Source of the DNA: Chrysomallon squamiferum
Taxonomy: Eukaryota > Animalia > Mollusca
Length of the DNA stretch: 64,000 bases
NCBI GenBank assembly: GCA_012295275.1
Contig: CM022665.1
Location: 28,086,001-28,150,000 of the forward strand
Direction of reading: 5' to 3'
Made by a program: the position numbers and the translations under genes. This document shows positions 12,997 through 27,343 of this stretch, in pieces; the first letter of the stretch is position 1; each line of letters begins with the position of its first letter. Below the pieces are notes generated by a model. The model was given only the letters and a program-made list of their open reading frames with translations, made no database searches and was not told where the DNA came from.

Positions 12997-15740
12997 TTGC
13001 CTACACCAAGCATTCCAAGTACTAAAGTTGTAAACTATCAGTGAGTGTCAAATAATTTTATAACATCTATACTATCTCAGCATCTGCAGTGGTAATGAAA
13101 GGTATCATTCATATGTGGATAGTTGTTAAATATAGCAAATCACCACTTTTATACAACAGTTGTAAAACTATCAGTCTTAACATACATGATAGTATTAAAT
13201 TAAAAAAATAAAAATAAAAGAATAAAATTACAGAATTGCAGCATTGATTGCTATTAATATTATCAAAAATTAAAACAAAACTTTAAATTTTGATGGAAAT
13301 TTTCTCACATCTGATATCCTGATTAAGACAGATAAAATAAATCAGACGTATAAAATAGACTGGGCAATTCCACAGTGATAGATATTACATTAAAAGTGGT
13401 TCCAACTGCATTGATTGCAAGAGTGGTACCCCCAGAACTTTGGCCATATATCCAAGTTCATTTGGTGGCAGAGGTAAAAGCCTTTGGATATCTCTGGCTT
13501 GATGGGTAATTAGAAGTGTATGTTGATGGTATTTCAAGAAGGACATGGGTAAAAAACAGCTAACTGTATTTCCTAATTGTATGAAACCTGCAAACTGTAC
13601 ACACTGTGACCTGATGCATTCCTCCAGCCATTCAACAAAGGAATACACACCACTTTCTTCCTTTGTTTTTCCATCAACAGACCCCTTACCATGATATGCA
13701 GCAGAGAAATTCTAGTACATTTTCTAGTTGTGCTTTCCTTGCAGCAAGATCTTAGTGGTACTATGAAGCATTTTTTTAATTCTGATACTTGTCCATCAAA
13801 CCAAATTAATATAGTTTTGACTGAATTAGGGATCATTTCCAAGAACATGTCAAAGTATGCTATTATCTGCAAGAACTACTTTCACAACTGAGTTAGAGTA
13901 AGCCATTGTCTATTAAGTTTCTCTCATTCTGCATCGTTCCTCTTGGCTTCATCATTTTGCTGTTTATATTCTTTCTGACCTGTTGTTCTACAGCAGTAGA
14001 AGTCATCATATAACAAACACAAAGTAACAAGATAGTGACCTTCCAAATAGTTGCTTTTTTACAAACGTAAATAAAACTGTATTGTTGATAAAACTGTCAA
14101 ATTAATAGTTTTCAATAGCTTAGGAAATGAACAGTGTAGATGTACTGAAGAATTGTGGGTAAAATAGCAGCATGCTGCAGTTGTCATAATTAATGAAACC
14201 TCCTTTTGTGCTAAAAATGCTGAATGACTATGACTGTAGTAAAGAATTTTGTTGACTTGTAGGAATGTGACATGTTCCTGCACCAACTTCTTCAGTCTCA
14301 AATACTGGTATTATCAATAATGTGAAGTGTTAAAGCCAGTTTGGAGTAGGCGATTTGAGAGGCTTAATACTGTTAATAAATTTTGGGTATTGTGTCGTAT
14401 ATTTTGATACAAATAAATGTTGACCCTTTGATGAAATAATGAAATTTAATCTTTTCCTCATATCCCCTGAGTCACTGAATTACCCTATTACAGGAAACAA
14501 TACAATATTGAAATAAATTTGTCAAAAATCAGTTATGTCTCACAATTAAGATAGTAGAACTGTTCAGCCTAATCATTAAGGTTATAAAAATACAGTGTTT
14601 TTTTTTATTATTATTGTTATTTTTATTTTATTTTTTCTTGGAGGGAGTTCTAAAGTGTAGTACTTATTAGTATTTCCCCAGAAAAACCTGAAAACAATGT
14701 AAGTAAACAGTTATTAATTATACAGAAATGACTTACTGTTTTTTCTTTCTTTCTCTCTGCATTATTCAAATATAAAAAGTTTGTGCATATCATCGATACA
14801 CCAAATATATGCTGATGTTTATGAAAGTAAAGACAGATGATATGAAGCAAAGGAAAGAAAGTGAAATGAATGGTAGATAACTCATCTGAAAACGTTGACA
14901 CTTCAATAATAAAGTTGTAGAAAGCTTGAACATGTACCTACTGAGTTTTGTTTATTTAAAACTTTATTACTACAATTTGTATCAATAAGAAAATAAAGTG
15001 TGACAGCTGAGAATAAGATGATTACTCATTTGGGTAATATGAATCTTACTGCACACAAGACACAGGACATGTTAACAGGATCTGTTATTACAAACTTAGA
15101 ATGTCTAGGTAAGTTATCTAGACAGTGGAATACATAAAGTATATTGTGTGTAATCTTCATAAATGTAACAGTATCTTCAGTTTGACCTTCATAGTTTATT
15201 CCAAGCTGTTAGCTGGATAATGTGGCAATTATTATTATTACTTTTATTTATTTAGTTTTTATCTTTTTATTATTGTTATTTTATTTACTTTTTTTTAAAA
15301 ATCACAATCACGTTATAACCATATATTCACATTATTAGCTAAATTGTATGCAGAATATGTTTTTAATTTCTTTTTCTTTTATTATGCTGATGTTACTGTG
15401 GTTGGTGTGCCACATAAACATTTTACTTGCATATCCAGTCTTAATTGTGCAACCTCACATATATTTTATTATTGTTTTTAATCAGTGAAATAAAATATTT
15501 GCAACCGTTCATTGTCAGTATTCAGTCATTAAAAAAATTATTAGCTAAAAACACATCCAAATGAAGTTAAATGTGACAGCTATAAAATTCCTACCATTTT
15601 TGCTATTATGCTATGATGTGTTGCAATAGTAATAGTTATTCTAAATAATTCACTTTAAACATAATACTACAGATAGTATTACAGGAAGAGTTGTGTTAAA
15701 ACCTTTTTTTTTTTTTTTTTTTTATAAAAACACACACATG

Positions 15741-15788
<48 letters not shown>

Positions 15789-16395
15789 GTGCATGTGTGT
15801 GTGTTTTGTAAAAAAAAAAATATATATATATGTGTGTGTACATTTAGCAGCTGTCACAAATTAATGTATTATGAAACAAGTAGCGTCAATGGTAAATTCT
15901 TGAAATCTAAAATAATTTGTAGGATGTTTATTGTGGTTGATATTGGTTTAAACTTAAATAGCTCTTTACTTCTAAGTCACTTATCTTTTGGCATATCTTT
16001 GATGAATTATATTGGAGAATGTAATCTGTGATTTATATTGCACTAGCTGATTAGCAGCAACTTTAATTATTTTTCACATAATATCTTCTCTTAAAAGATA
16101 TAATATATTTTGTAAATCATTTCTATTTTCTGCGTAACATGTAATGAATAGAATATTCTGGATTTATGATTAAATGAGCATGTGATGTTTGATTTAGAAA
16201 ATTTCATTTCCAAGCATACATTTTTAACTTTTTTTTAAACTTTTTTTTTTTAATTTAAAAAACGCGATATTGGCAACAGCTTGTTAAACAAATTAGATTA
16301 AAAAGCCAAATGTCAAAATCTAGTTAAATATGTCTGTATGTGAATGTATATATATTTTTTCAATAAATAATTGTTTTTAACAAATGATTATTTAT

Positions 16396-16454
<59 letters not shown>

Positions 16455-16464
16455 TGAGTGAGAG

Positions 16465-16521
<57 letters not shown>

Positions 16522-18630
16522 GTATGTATGTATGTATGTATGTATATATATATATTTTTTTCATACAGGGCCCAGAAAAAAGCTGGAAGGATGATTTCCA
16601 TGAATCTTTTGAAGAGACACCCCTTTTTGTAGCCATCACAACATACCTTGGTTATGCTTTGCTGGTCATAATAGGGCATATCAGAGATTTTTTGAGATTT
16701 TATAGCATTGAAACACAGAAAACATGTATGGAACCTCGATTGAAGGTGAGTCAGCTGCCATTTTATTTATTTATTTATTATTTTGAATTTTGTATCACAA
16801 GTTACAAATATATTTACCTTGGATTGTATTTCTCATTTATCTTTAAAATGAAATATACAAAAAGGATGGATATTTTATTACTTTTAAACTATGTATTTAA
16901 TTTGATATAATCAGATCATTTTTCAGTAGATGAATGCAGTTGCTGTCAACAGTTAATTTTCACAAAGTGGATTGAGCAGAAATGCTATGTGATTTCAGTT
17001 CATAAGTAGTAAAAGTTTATCAAGCATTTTCCAATGAATAATTTTCTAAAAAAAAATTGTATCATAAAGATAAACATTTTAGTGCTGATGTTGGTCATTA
17101 CTTTCTGTTATGAGGGAGCTAATTGTGCAATTTAAATTAATTTGACTGAATGTTGTAGTATGGATATTAATTAATTATTTTCTAATTAAGAATAAAATTA
17201 ATAAAAATACATTATTATTACTGAATTGAGAAATTATTATTCATGTGATGGCGTTTTAAAGTTTGTAGAAATTATATTTGTTTAATTTTAATGTTTGTTT
17301 CACAGGGGTTTGTTCCATTGTATCAGACATGGGAAAGTTTTTACACTCGACATTTATATCGTCGTATCAGAGATTGTTGGAACAGACCAATAGGCAGTAT
17401 TGCTGCAGAATACATTGATATCTTGGAGAGACGAACCAATGATTATGGATGGAATTTTGAGTATGTTTTTAACTCATTTACCAATAGGGTGTTTTGTGTT
17501 AATACCTTTAAAATGTTATATAGCCTCAAACAGTCAAAATTCAAGATGTTGTTAGACGTATGTACATGTAATTAAGCTGTTTCTTCTTTCAAATATTTGC
17601 TCCATGTTTTAAAATTTGTTTTCAAAACAAAAATTATATTTAATTGTGAAATTTTAAAATTTTATTTTTTAATAATAATTTATAATAGTTTTGTCACATT
17701 TTAAATTTTATTTACCATGATTGTGTGTGTGTGTGTGCATGCGTACTTGTGTATATAAACCTTAAATGATACCATTATCATTAACTTGGCAAAATTGCTT
17801 AAGATGTTTGTTAAAAGAGGTACTTAAAATGTTTTGTTTTTTTCACAGACTTACAGGAAAAAGACAGCATGTAATGAATTTTGGATCGTACAACTATCTT
17901 GGATTTTCTGAAAACACAGGGCCATGTGCAGATGCTGTTTATGGTGTTACTAAAGAATGTGGTGTCAGTGTTTGTGGTACAAGACAGGAATTTGGTAGGC
18001 TTTTTTTTTTTTTACCTGATGCCTTCTTTTTTTCTTTCCCTTTTTTTTCATTTAATAGATCGTCTTGAAGTTAAAGGGGTGTTTGTGTGTACAGAAACAT
18101 AATAAATATGATACAGGTTACAATAAAATACATTAGTGGTTGGAATAATCCATTTTAATGTTTTAATTTTATATATAAATATATATAAAATTTATATTAA
18201 TTTAGAAATTTTTATTATAGTTAAGACTGAAATTACCAATTACTTTTTGTTTATACTTTCAGGTTATCTGAAAATTCATAAAGATCTAGATGAGCTAGTT
18301 GCAAAATTCCTTGGTGTGGAAGCAGCCATTACATTTCCTATGGGCTTTGCAACCAATTCAATGAACATGCCATTACTTGTTTCATCAGTGAGCATTTTGT
18401 TTTTCAGTAGACAATTATTGACAGAACTTTTACTTTTAAAACAGTTTCTGATAATTATCTTTCTGCAAATTGTGTCATGCTGATATGTAGATGAATATTT
18501 GATCACCTGTTGATTGTCACAGATGTCATCCTAATGACTTATGTTGAATGTATTTCACTTTAAGTAGTAAATGATACAGCTTGAACTTAATGATTTCAAA
18601 TATTGTTACCCATTTATACTTTTTTTAAAC

Positions 18631-18688
<58 letters not shown>

Positions 18689-21600
18689 CCATATGCATGC
18701 ATGAACACACACATATATGTGAGTTGTTTTTTGCTAATGGTGACAAACAAATGGGAAACAAGCCAGTTTTTAAACTTGCATGTACAGCCTGCTACTAATA
18801 CTTTTTTGCAGTGAAATGTTTGAATTCCAAAAGAAAAAAAATCAGTAGATTTAAACAGGATGTGCTTTAAGCTGGGGGTAGTCATGGAAACATAACCTGC
18901 ATGAAATTGTTACAAAAAAATAATTACTGGTTATCCAAGAATTAAAATTCCTAAGTATATGATATGTAATAAATTCTGTTGGAAATTTTATTACTTGGGA
19001 ATATGCTGACCTGGTGATGCCAATCACAGATTACCACTGAAAGGAAACTTTTGTAGTATATGTAATACTCATATACAGTGATAAAGTTGTGGCTCTGGGA
19101 AGAACTGATATATTTCTCTGAAGAAAACAACAAATTCATCAGTGTTTTCTGGGTAGTTGTCTTGCTCCTTCAGGAAGCTGACCTTTGTTTTTTCTTCTAC
19201 TCAGACATGTATACAATTATAATTCCTGTTTTTCTAACAAATGAAACAGACTATTTTTGTCTTGTTGTATAACTTCCATACACCCTTTTTTTGCTTGCTT
19301 TTTGTTTGTTTTTAAAAGAAAAGCAATACAGTAGTGAAACATTGTAAACTAATGAATTTTTCTTCTTCACAGGGATGTCTTATTCTTAGTGATGAACTTA
19401 ATCATGCCTCTCTGGTTCTTGGTTCTCGACTGTCAGGAGCAACAATAAGAACATTTAAACATAACAGTAAGTTAGTACACAGTTCTATAATTAAAGCTGG
19501 AAGGTTTCAGGCAGTGGTGTCTCTATGTACCTTTTATTTTAAATACTCTAAGATTAATACAATAAACTAAATTTAATTTACATATTATGTAAAGGGATGC
19601 TGGTATTCCTGTTTTTAACATTTTATATATGTTGATTATTATCACCAAGTTACAATAAAATTAACTCATGTTTTGTTAACATGTTTCTATGTATGCTTTT
19701 TAAGATATGGAAGATCTGGAACATCAGCTCTGTGATGCTGTTGTCAGTGGTCAGCCAAGGACACATAGGCCATGGAAGAAAATACTGATAGTAGTGGAAG
19801 GAGTCTACAGGTAAAAACTTTTAAAATTAAAATCTATTTGGTGATATTAACTTTATATTTTTATTTATTTTAAATCTGATGATTATTATTTAATTTATTA
19901 TCGTGGAATTGAAGGTACACTGTAAAGAAGATGCTAATAAAATTAACAGTAATTTGTGTTCATTCTTTAGCAAATGTATACTTATCTGTTTATTGTTTAC
20001 CTGATGAACTTTGTCTACCATTTTCTAAAAAATTTATGAACAAACTATTAACAAAGTAATCAAATCCTATTTACAGCATGGAAGGCTCTGTAACCAAACT
20101 GCCAGAGGTCGTACGATTGAAAAAGAAATACAAAGCTTACGTCTATCTGGATGAAGCTCACAGCATTGGTGCCATGGGTTCTCATGGCAAGGGCATTTGT
20201 GATTACTTCAACCTTGATGTCAATGACATTGATGTCATGATGGGGACATTCACCAAAAGTTTTGGCTCCAGTGGTGGATACATAGCTGGATCAAAAGTAA
20301 TTTAATTTTGAAATGACCTACCTTGTACATTTGTGTTTGATTTATTGTTGTGATAATAATTATTTTTTAATTATTTTTCACTATTATTATTTTTTAATTA
20401 ATGCAAAGTAAATACATGCTGTATTTTCTCTAATTAATTTTAATTTTGTTTTATTCAGAAACTGATAAACCATCTGAAAGTCAACTCTCACAGTGCTGTG
20501 TACTCATGTGCCATGTCACCTCCTGTTGCTATGCAGATCATTTCATCTATGAAAATCATCATGGGTCTGGATGGTGGAGATGAAGGTACAAATTAAGAAT
20601 TATAATTTTTTTTTTTTTTTTATTTTTTTTTTTTTTTTCATTTTTAAGAACTAAAACAGATATTTTTTTAGTGATTAAAATGTAGAGAAATGGTTATGAT
20701 GATTGGTAACCTTAATGATTATTATTATTATTATTTATTACACTGATATAAAATCACAAGATGTTTAAATAAGATTACTATGATTTTATGTTCTTTTTTA
20801 AATTTCACATTCTAATGTTGTCAGCTTGTGTTTTTTAAAAAAGGTAAAAAACGTATTGAAAGACTTGCATGGAACACAAGATACTTTCGCCGTCGACTGC
20901 ATGAAATGGGTGTCATTGTGTATGGCAACCAGGATTCCCCTGTTGTTCCTGTAATGATCTTCATGCCTGCAAAAATTGCGTAAGTTTTTATCAAAATAAG
21001 TTTAATTATATGCATTTGACTTCATTACATTTAAAAGTAATTTTTATGATCTGCATTTTGTAAGCAGTTTACCAAAAAATTTAAATTAAATATGAAAGAA
21101 TGACCATTGATCTTCAGCAGTGATATTTTTTAAATTATTTTTTTATTTTTTTATTTTTTTTCACATAAAAGAATACAGTTAATATTTACTGACATTTTTA
21201 TTTTAAAATCTTTTCAGTCTGTAGTTACTTTGTAGAAAAAATAAAATTTAAATTAATTTCTCTACTACAGGGCCATGGGCAGAGAAACTCTGAAGAGAGG
21301 TCTTGGTATTGTAGTGGTTGGATTCCCAGCAACCCCAATCATTGAATCTCGAGCTCGGTTCTGTCTTTCTGCTGCACATTCAAAAGAAATGCTGGATAAA
21401 GTAAGTAGTGTTTCTGTGTCTGCTGTCATAGTTAACAAAAAAAGGAATTAAAACACCCACATTTGACACCTGTTGACTAAGGAAAATTTTTTCCTTCATT
21501 CCATAAATTAGGACTTCAGGTTATTAATATAATCTGAGTTTTGTGATACATTTATGTAGAATGTATTAGCATATTCTTGTTTAAAAAAACCCAAAAACTA

Positions 21601-21936
21601 TTGTTGTTTCAGGCACTGGATGTTATTGATGAAGTTGCTGATGTAATTTCACTGAAGTATTCCCAAAAATCATCTGCTGTTTCTAAAGAGAAAGAAAAAC
21701 AAAAGGGCGAGGTAATATTTTAACAATTCTCATATAAAATTTCACATAAATTATCAGCTTTTAAATGTGAAAATTATTCTATCATTAAAGATCAAGTAAA
21801 TAACCAGAAAATATTAATAATAAAAGAATAGAATAAATTCATAATTTGCAGAAATATATTTTTTATATATTAATAATTTGGGATCTTATTTCATTATTAT
21901 TATTTTTTTTTTTTTTTTTTTTTACAGAGTGATTGA
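12208..21936 (+). CDS. SPTLC2: Serine palmitoyltransferase catalytic subunit (LCB2/SPTLC2-like), copy A, ~534 aa, 13 coding exons
   Basis: Exons 12208-12288, 16569-16745, 17306-17460, 17849-17994, 18263-18387, 19373-19466, 19705-19810, 20077-20296, 20459-20585, 20844-20979, 21271-21400, 21613-21711, 21928-21936; all introns GT-AG and phase-consistent (1605 nt). Motifs FEETP, SYNYLGF, NHAS, EGVYSMEG, DEAH, PLP-lysine [23 protein letters not shown]. Exons 1 and 13 are less certain than the internal exons. Confidence 0.95.
12541..12554. promoter_or_regulatory. YY1-type element GCGCCGCCATTTTG in intron 1 of SPTLC2 copy A
   Basis: Exact match to the GCCGCCATTTTG YY1 consensus, within a second CpG-rich patch (12450-12635). 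Confidence 0.5.
13362..14485 (-). mobile_element. Degenerate DDD transposase relic (Sola2-like) in intron 1 of SPTLC2 copy A
   Basis: Minus-strand fragments [13 protein letters not shown] and (W*)[14 protein letters not shown] resemble the SDG..QFKN / WxFFATSHGKGxxDG motifs I associate with Sola2 transposases. Imperfect terminal inverted repeat GGG(C/T)AATTC..CAGTGA at 13362 and 14485; no clear TSD. Confidence 0.5.
15704..15820. repeat. Palindrome: ~30-bp inverted arms around a (TA)n core
   Basis: T(n)ATAAAAACACACACATGCAC-(TA)~21-GAG-GTGCATGTGTGTGTGTTTTGTA(n). Confidence 0.85.
16399..16555. repeat. Compound (GT)n/(GTAT)n/(TA)n microsatellite abutting the exon 2 acceptor of SPTLC2 copy A
   Basis: Direct reading; acceptor AG at 16567-16568. 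Confidence 0.95.
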
Positions 21937-24252
21937 AAAAACACAGTGGTGTTCTCATTGTTCAACAGAAATACTTTTCTACAGTATACATGGAACAATA
22001 AGATTTAAAAAAAAGGTGTTAATTTAAACTTCTCTTTTTTTTTTTCTACTTTTTTTTTAAATACTACAGGCCATGCTTATTTTATTTATTTATTATTTTT
22101 TTTTTGCAGATAAACTCTGTGTCAAAATATTTGCATTGCTTTCAATGCATTTTAAAAAAGAAATTAGATTTTTGTTTTTGTTATTATTATGTTTTTTTTT
22201 TGTTTAGCTTATATATAAACACTTTTGTGTTGAACATTTTTCACAAGAAAATTATAATTGTATTGAAAAAACAAACAAAAATGGGACATTTAATGGAGCT
22301 TAAAACGGGCATGGTCTTTTCCTCCATTAGACTTTCTCGAAGCAGGAAAATATCATTTTTCAATATATACACATATATGTATGACTTTATTTTTATTTTT
22401 TTTATTTTTTTGTTATATTCTAGAATCAAACTTCGATAATTTAAACTTGGACATTATCATCTTTAGGTCTTGAGGCTGAGTATTTGTACATACATAGTGT
22501 CTGATTTTAGCTGTCTTGAAAGTGATTTGATAAGACTTTGATGTAGTAGTAATGTGTAACTCTATAATGATAATGCTCAATAGACTTAAGGAAAGAAAAT
22601 TCAAGCTGCTGCTGAATGAAGTTAATTAAATTACAAAATAATAATAAACCTTTGGGTCTTCCTTTCTGCCTGCACAATATCCTAAAAGACTGCAAATATT
22701 TTCATATGGCTTTAAGAGAGAAATTACATGACATTATATTTATTATCTGAAGTCTCAAGTCTGTATTAAGATTTTTACTTTTTATTTTTTTAAATCTTAT
22801 TTATTGTGCTTCCATATGTGTATCTCTTGATTAATTTTTTTTATTATATACATAAATATGGACTTTAATTATTTTAAAAGCATTTTATTTTTTATTTTTT
22901 ATGTTCAGTTAGAAATAGATTGTCAACAGATTAAAAAACTAAAAAAAAAAAATATGGATGTATGACTTTGAATTATCGAAGTTTGACCATAATTATTACT
23001 AATTCAGTATATTTTTTGTGAAATGAACCAGATGCCTTTGTTTGAGACCCAAGAGCAAATGCATCTTTTTTGTTGTTGTGTTGAATGTCATTAGGCATTG
23101 ACAGTATGGCCTGCAACAGAATTAATTTGTTGTATTTTTTTGTATAGTCATTGGAAAATAGTTCTTTATTAAAAAATTGTTTTTGATTTTAAACAAAAAA
23201 AAAAAAACAAAAAAAAAAACGTCTGTTCAAATTAAATAATGTTTTATTAAACATATTTTTGCTTAGTGTTAACCTCGGGTATTTTTATGGAAAAAAGACT
23301 CAGCTTTACAATATTATAATTATTTAGTTGGTTTGATATTTTAATATTTACATAAAAGAATCATTTGGTTCATTTCCAATTCTGAATTGGTAAAATTAAA
23401 ACTAGATTATAAATAAGGTTTCTATTTTTATTTTAAAGTTGAAAAAAAGAAAGTTAATAATTAGGACCCTTCTTTTACAAAATAGATTAGTACAATTGTG
23501 TTAAAACTGTGAGCTACCTTGCGTGGAAAATCTTCACTGATGAGTACTGTAAGAGATGTGCGAACAATGTATAACACAACAAGTCACCAAATTTTTATTT
23601 TGATGACTTAAACAAACAGAAAATCAAATTTCTTTATACACATTTTTAAACCATATTTACATCTACTGAAAGATCCTAATGACTTTGTAACTGTTCAAAG
23701 CAGATACAAATGATGGGATATTTCATTGTCGTTATGTTTGTGTTGTTTAATTTCAACATCCGTCAGCCTTGTCCTGTTTTCTTATTTTTTTTAATAAGAA
23801 AAGGACAAAGCTCTACTGAGTGCTATGCTGTTGTTAGAAAACAGCATAGTCATCTTTATTTTTCTCTTTTTATTTTTGATGTTAAAGCTAATGTTCACTG
23901 ATGTTTTGGGCTTGAAAAAAAGAGAAGAACATAATGAAGTGGACTTTATTTAAATACCTGAGAATCTTTTAATGTTTTTAAGGTTTAGACTTGACAGTCC
24001 ATCAAAGTATTAGTAATTAATTTTTGACAGTTCTGAAATACATGCACATGCATGCACACGCACACATACACACGCACACACACGTATACATAATAATTTT
24101 GTTCATATATAATTTGTTTGGGTGTGTGATGCAAAGTGTATATTTTGTTTCAATAAGATTATTACAAACAAACCATCTTTGTTTTGTTTTTTAAATTGAA
24201 TTATTATTAAACTTTTTTTTATTTATTTATTTTTTATTTTATTTATTTATTT

Positions 24253-24292
<40 letters not shown>

Positions 24293-26620
24293 CTCACATT
24301 GAACTAAGGTAGTAAAATAAACCAGAATTTGCTTTCTAGCAGTATTGGTTGTGAAGACAAAATGAAATCTAAAAAAACCTGAATATTTTTAAATGTGATA
24401 TTCATTGTTTTTACTATACCTATTCTATTGCATTTTGGTGGGAGGTAGAAATTCTTATTTCTTTTCATTATTAGATGACCAAAAATTTAAATTTAAGAAT
24501 CATTTGATTCATTTTATCAGAAGATCCAATGCACTGGGATTTATTTTTGGGTGGTTTTTTTTCCTGCAGAGTTGTTTATTTTTAAAAATGATAAAATTAA
24601 TTTTATGTCTTGACTGTCTCCATTACTAGAAGCCATACCTAACAGATTGTAAGAAAATTGTCTTACACATTTTTTTCGTTTTCTTTTATGTTATTATTTT
24701 TAATATTCCGAAAATGGTTGCTGGGATTCTAAACATTAAAAAAAGCATCTAGGATGATTTGATATTACAAAAAAAAAAAAAAAAATCTACAAAAACAACA
24801 ACAATCTAATCAAAGGCAGAAATCCCACCCATCAGGATTACAGATTATTTTTGATTATTTTCATGTTTTTTTTTTCTTGTTTTTAATGTATATGAAACAT
24901 ATGCATATATATATATATATGCATATCTCCAAAGTACAAAAACCAGGCTAATTTATCTTAGTGCATTATATTTATGTGTTACTAATGTTTGTTAACAGGT
25001 TTCCCTCCTTCCATTCTTTTAATCATTGTTATGTTAATCATTTTTTTTTTTTTTTTTTTTATAATGGTATATTTTGTGGCTGAAAATAATCAGTATTTTT
25101 TTTCAGTAATAACAATAGAAAGCTTGAAGAGAAATGTTGGCTAGTTTGAACTGTGTTCAATATTACTGTGTTTTAAGGTTATGATTTTTGGAAATGTATA
25201 TGGGTGGGAAAAAAATTACATAACAAAAGAACCCTCCAACAAGGTCTTGCAAAATTGTGTGCAGTATGCAAATAGATTTTAAATGTGTTGATTTATCCTT
25301 GTTGAATTTACTTTTTATTTTAGTATTATATTTTTTTAATTTACTAAAACCTGCCACTTAGGACATAGCTATTATTATAATTTGTTTTTAAATGTCATTC
25401 CTACAAGCTTACAATTCTCTTTTAATATTATTTGACATGAAAATGCTAACATAGGCACAGTACTAACAAAGTCTGTAATTATTTTATTATTGTCATGTAT
25501 CTTTACTATTTACATATTTTTTGTTCAACTGTTGCTATAAATGTTACAGCATAAACAAATTTTCAAAGGTTATGTTACCTTTTTTTCATTTATTTTAAAT
25601 GAAGAAATGGAGTATTACATAAAGAGAACTGAAAACCAGGGCACGAAATGTTAAAGTGAAATATCAACGACTTGAATTATGTGATTGTTTCATATTCTGA
25701 ATTATTTTTTTTACATTACTTCTTAATATCTAAACCTGCTTACCAAAGATATGTCATCCTGAAAGTTAAGTGTGTGATCATTTGTTTATATAATTGTTTA
25801 GATTATTTGAGAAGAATGACAAGTTTAGTACTTAGATTAACAGATGTCATCCTGATATTTATCTAAATCAGCAGAAAACCGAATTCCTAAACTACAACCA
25901 CAGTGCCAAAGATCTTACTTTGAGGTGTTTTCTTTCAGCAGGGCCAATACTTTCATTCATTTAATGTATATTGCATTATTAATGTTTTAAATTTTTATTT
26001 TTTTTACCTGGTACAAAGAAAAAATTCTGTGTTATGCATTTCAGGTTTTGATTTAATTAAAAAAATTAACTTAAAATCTGTTCAGAAAATAAAAAAGATT
26101 AATTAATTTGAAAAAAACAAAACAATTATCATTGAAAATAATTGTGGTACACATTTTTATGCAGGCTTAAAAATAAAACAAAATTTATAAATTATTTTAA
26201 TGAAATTAGTTCAGTCCCAAGTGCCCTGGTAATCTACTTACTGTATTTAGAATATTTAAAATATTTAGATGTGTCTTTTCTGTATTTAGTTTTTTTATAT
26301 TAAGTAGTTTAGTATGATAACCAATATTCAGTTGTAAATGTTCACTTTTTCTTTTTTTATATACTGATGCAGTATGTCAGTTTGAGATGTCTGCCTCTTT
26401 AGGAAAGCTACATCATTGTCACCTGATTATTTTTGTGTTATGCTTTAACAAAAATTATAGTGAGTTTTTTTAAACAACAGAAAAAAAGTAAAATAAAAAA
26501 TATTTCTCTACTGTCATTGGATGGTTTTTGTTGTTCTTAGTTAACCCTGGACTCCAGCCATTTTTTAAGATGTAAAAGCCAGGAAATCAGCTCTTGAGAA
26601 CCATATAATGATCACAATAG

Positions 26621-26651
<31 letters not shown>

Positions 26652-27267
26652 CTGCATAGTAAGACTGCCTCTCAGTATTAATGATCTTCTGAGCTGCCTT
26701 TGGCATTGTTGGTCAGGTTTTAAAAAATGGGCCTTGACAGTTAAATAATGTCTTTAGTAACATTTAAAAGTGTTATACACTGGATATATTTTATTTGTGA
26801 TAGTGGTATTAGTTTGTTGCATTGTCATACACTGTTAATGATAATTATAAATGTATTTATGAACTTGTATATTATACCAATATCAAATATACTTTTTTTG
26901 TGCAAAGGTGTCACTGAACATTCATTTATTCCATGGACTTTGGTCAGCTATTACTGAGCCTAATTATTAATTCTCTGATCAACCATGCCTCAGGCCAACA
27001 TGTAAAATTAAAAACAAACCATTTCATTAAAAACAAATCATTGTGTTAGCAAACATCATTTATTATTTTTTCAATATATAATACACTGGTACTTTAAAGA
27101 TCCATGCCAATATTTCTCTAGTTACTCAAAATATGAAAATGACAAGATAACTAATTTCACATTAAATGGTCAATGAACACATTTTAAATAAATTCCCTCT
27201 TAGCAATTTAGCAAGCAAGCATTGATAGTAGTGAGGGATAAAACTAAATTTTAAATACATATGTGTG

Positions 27268-27343
<76 letters not shown>

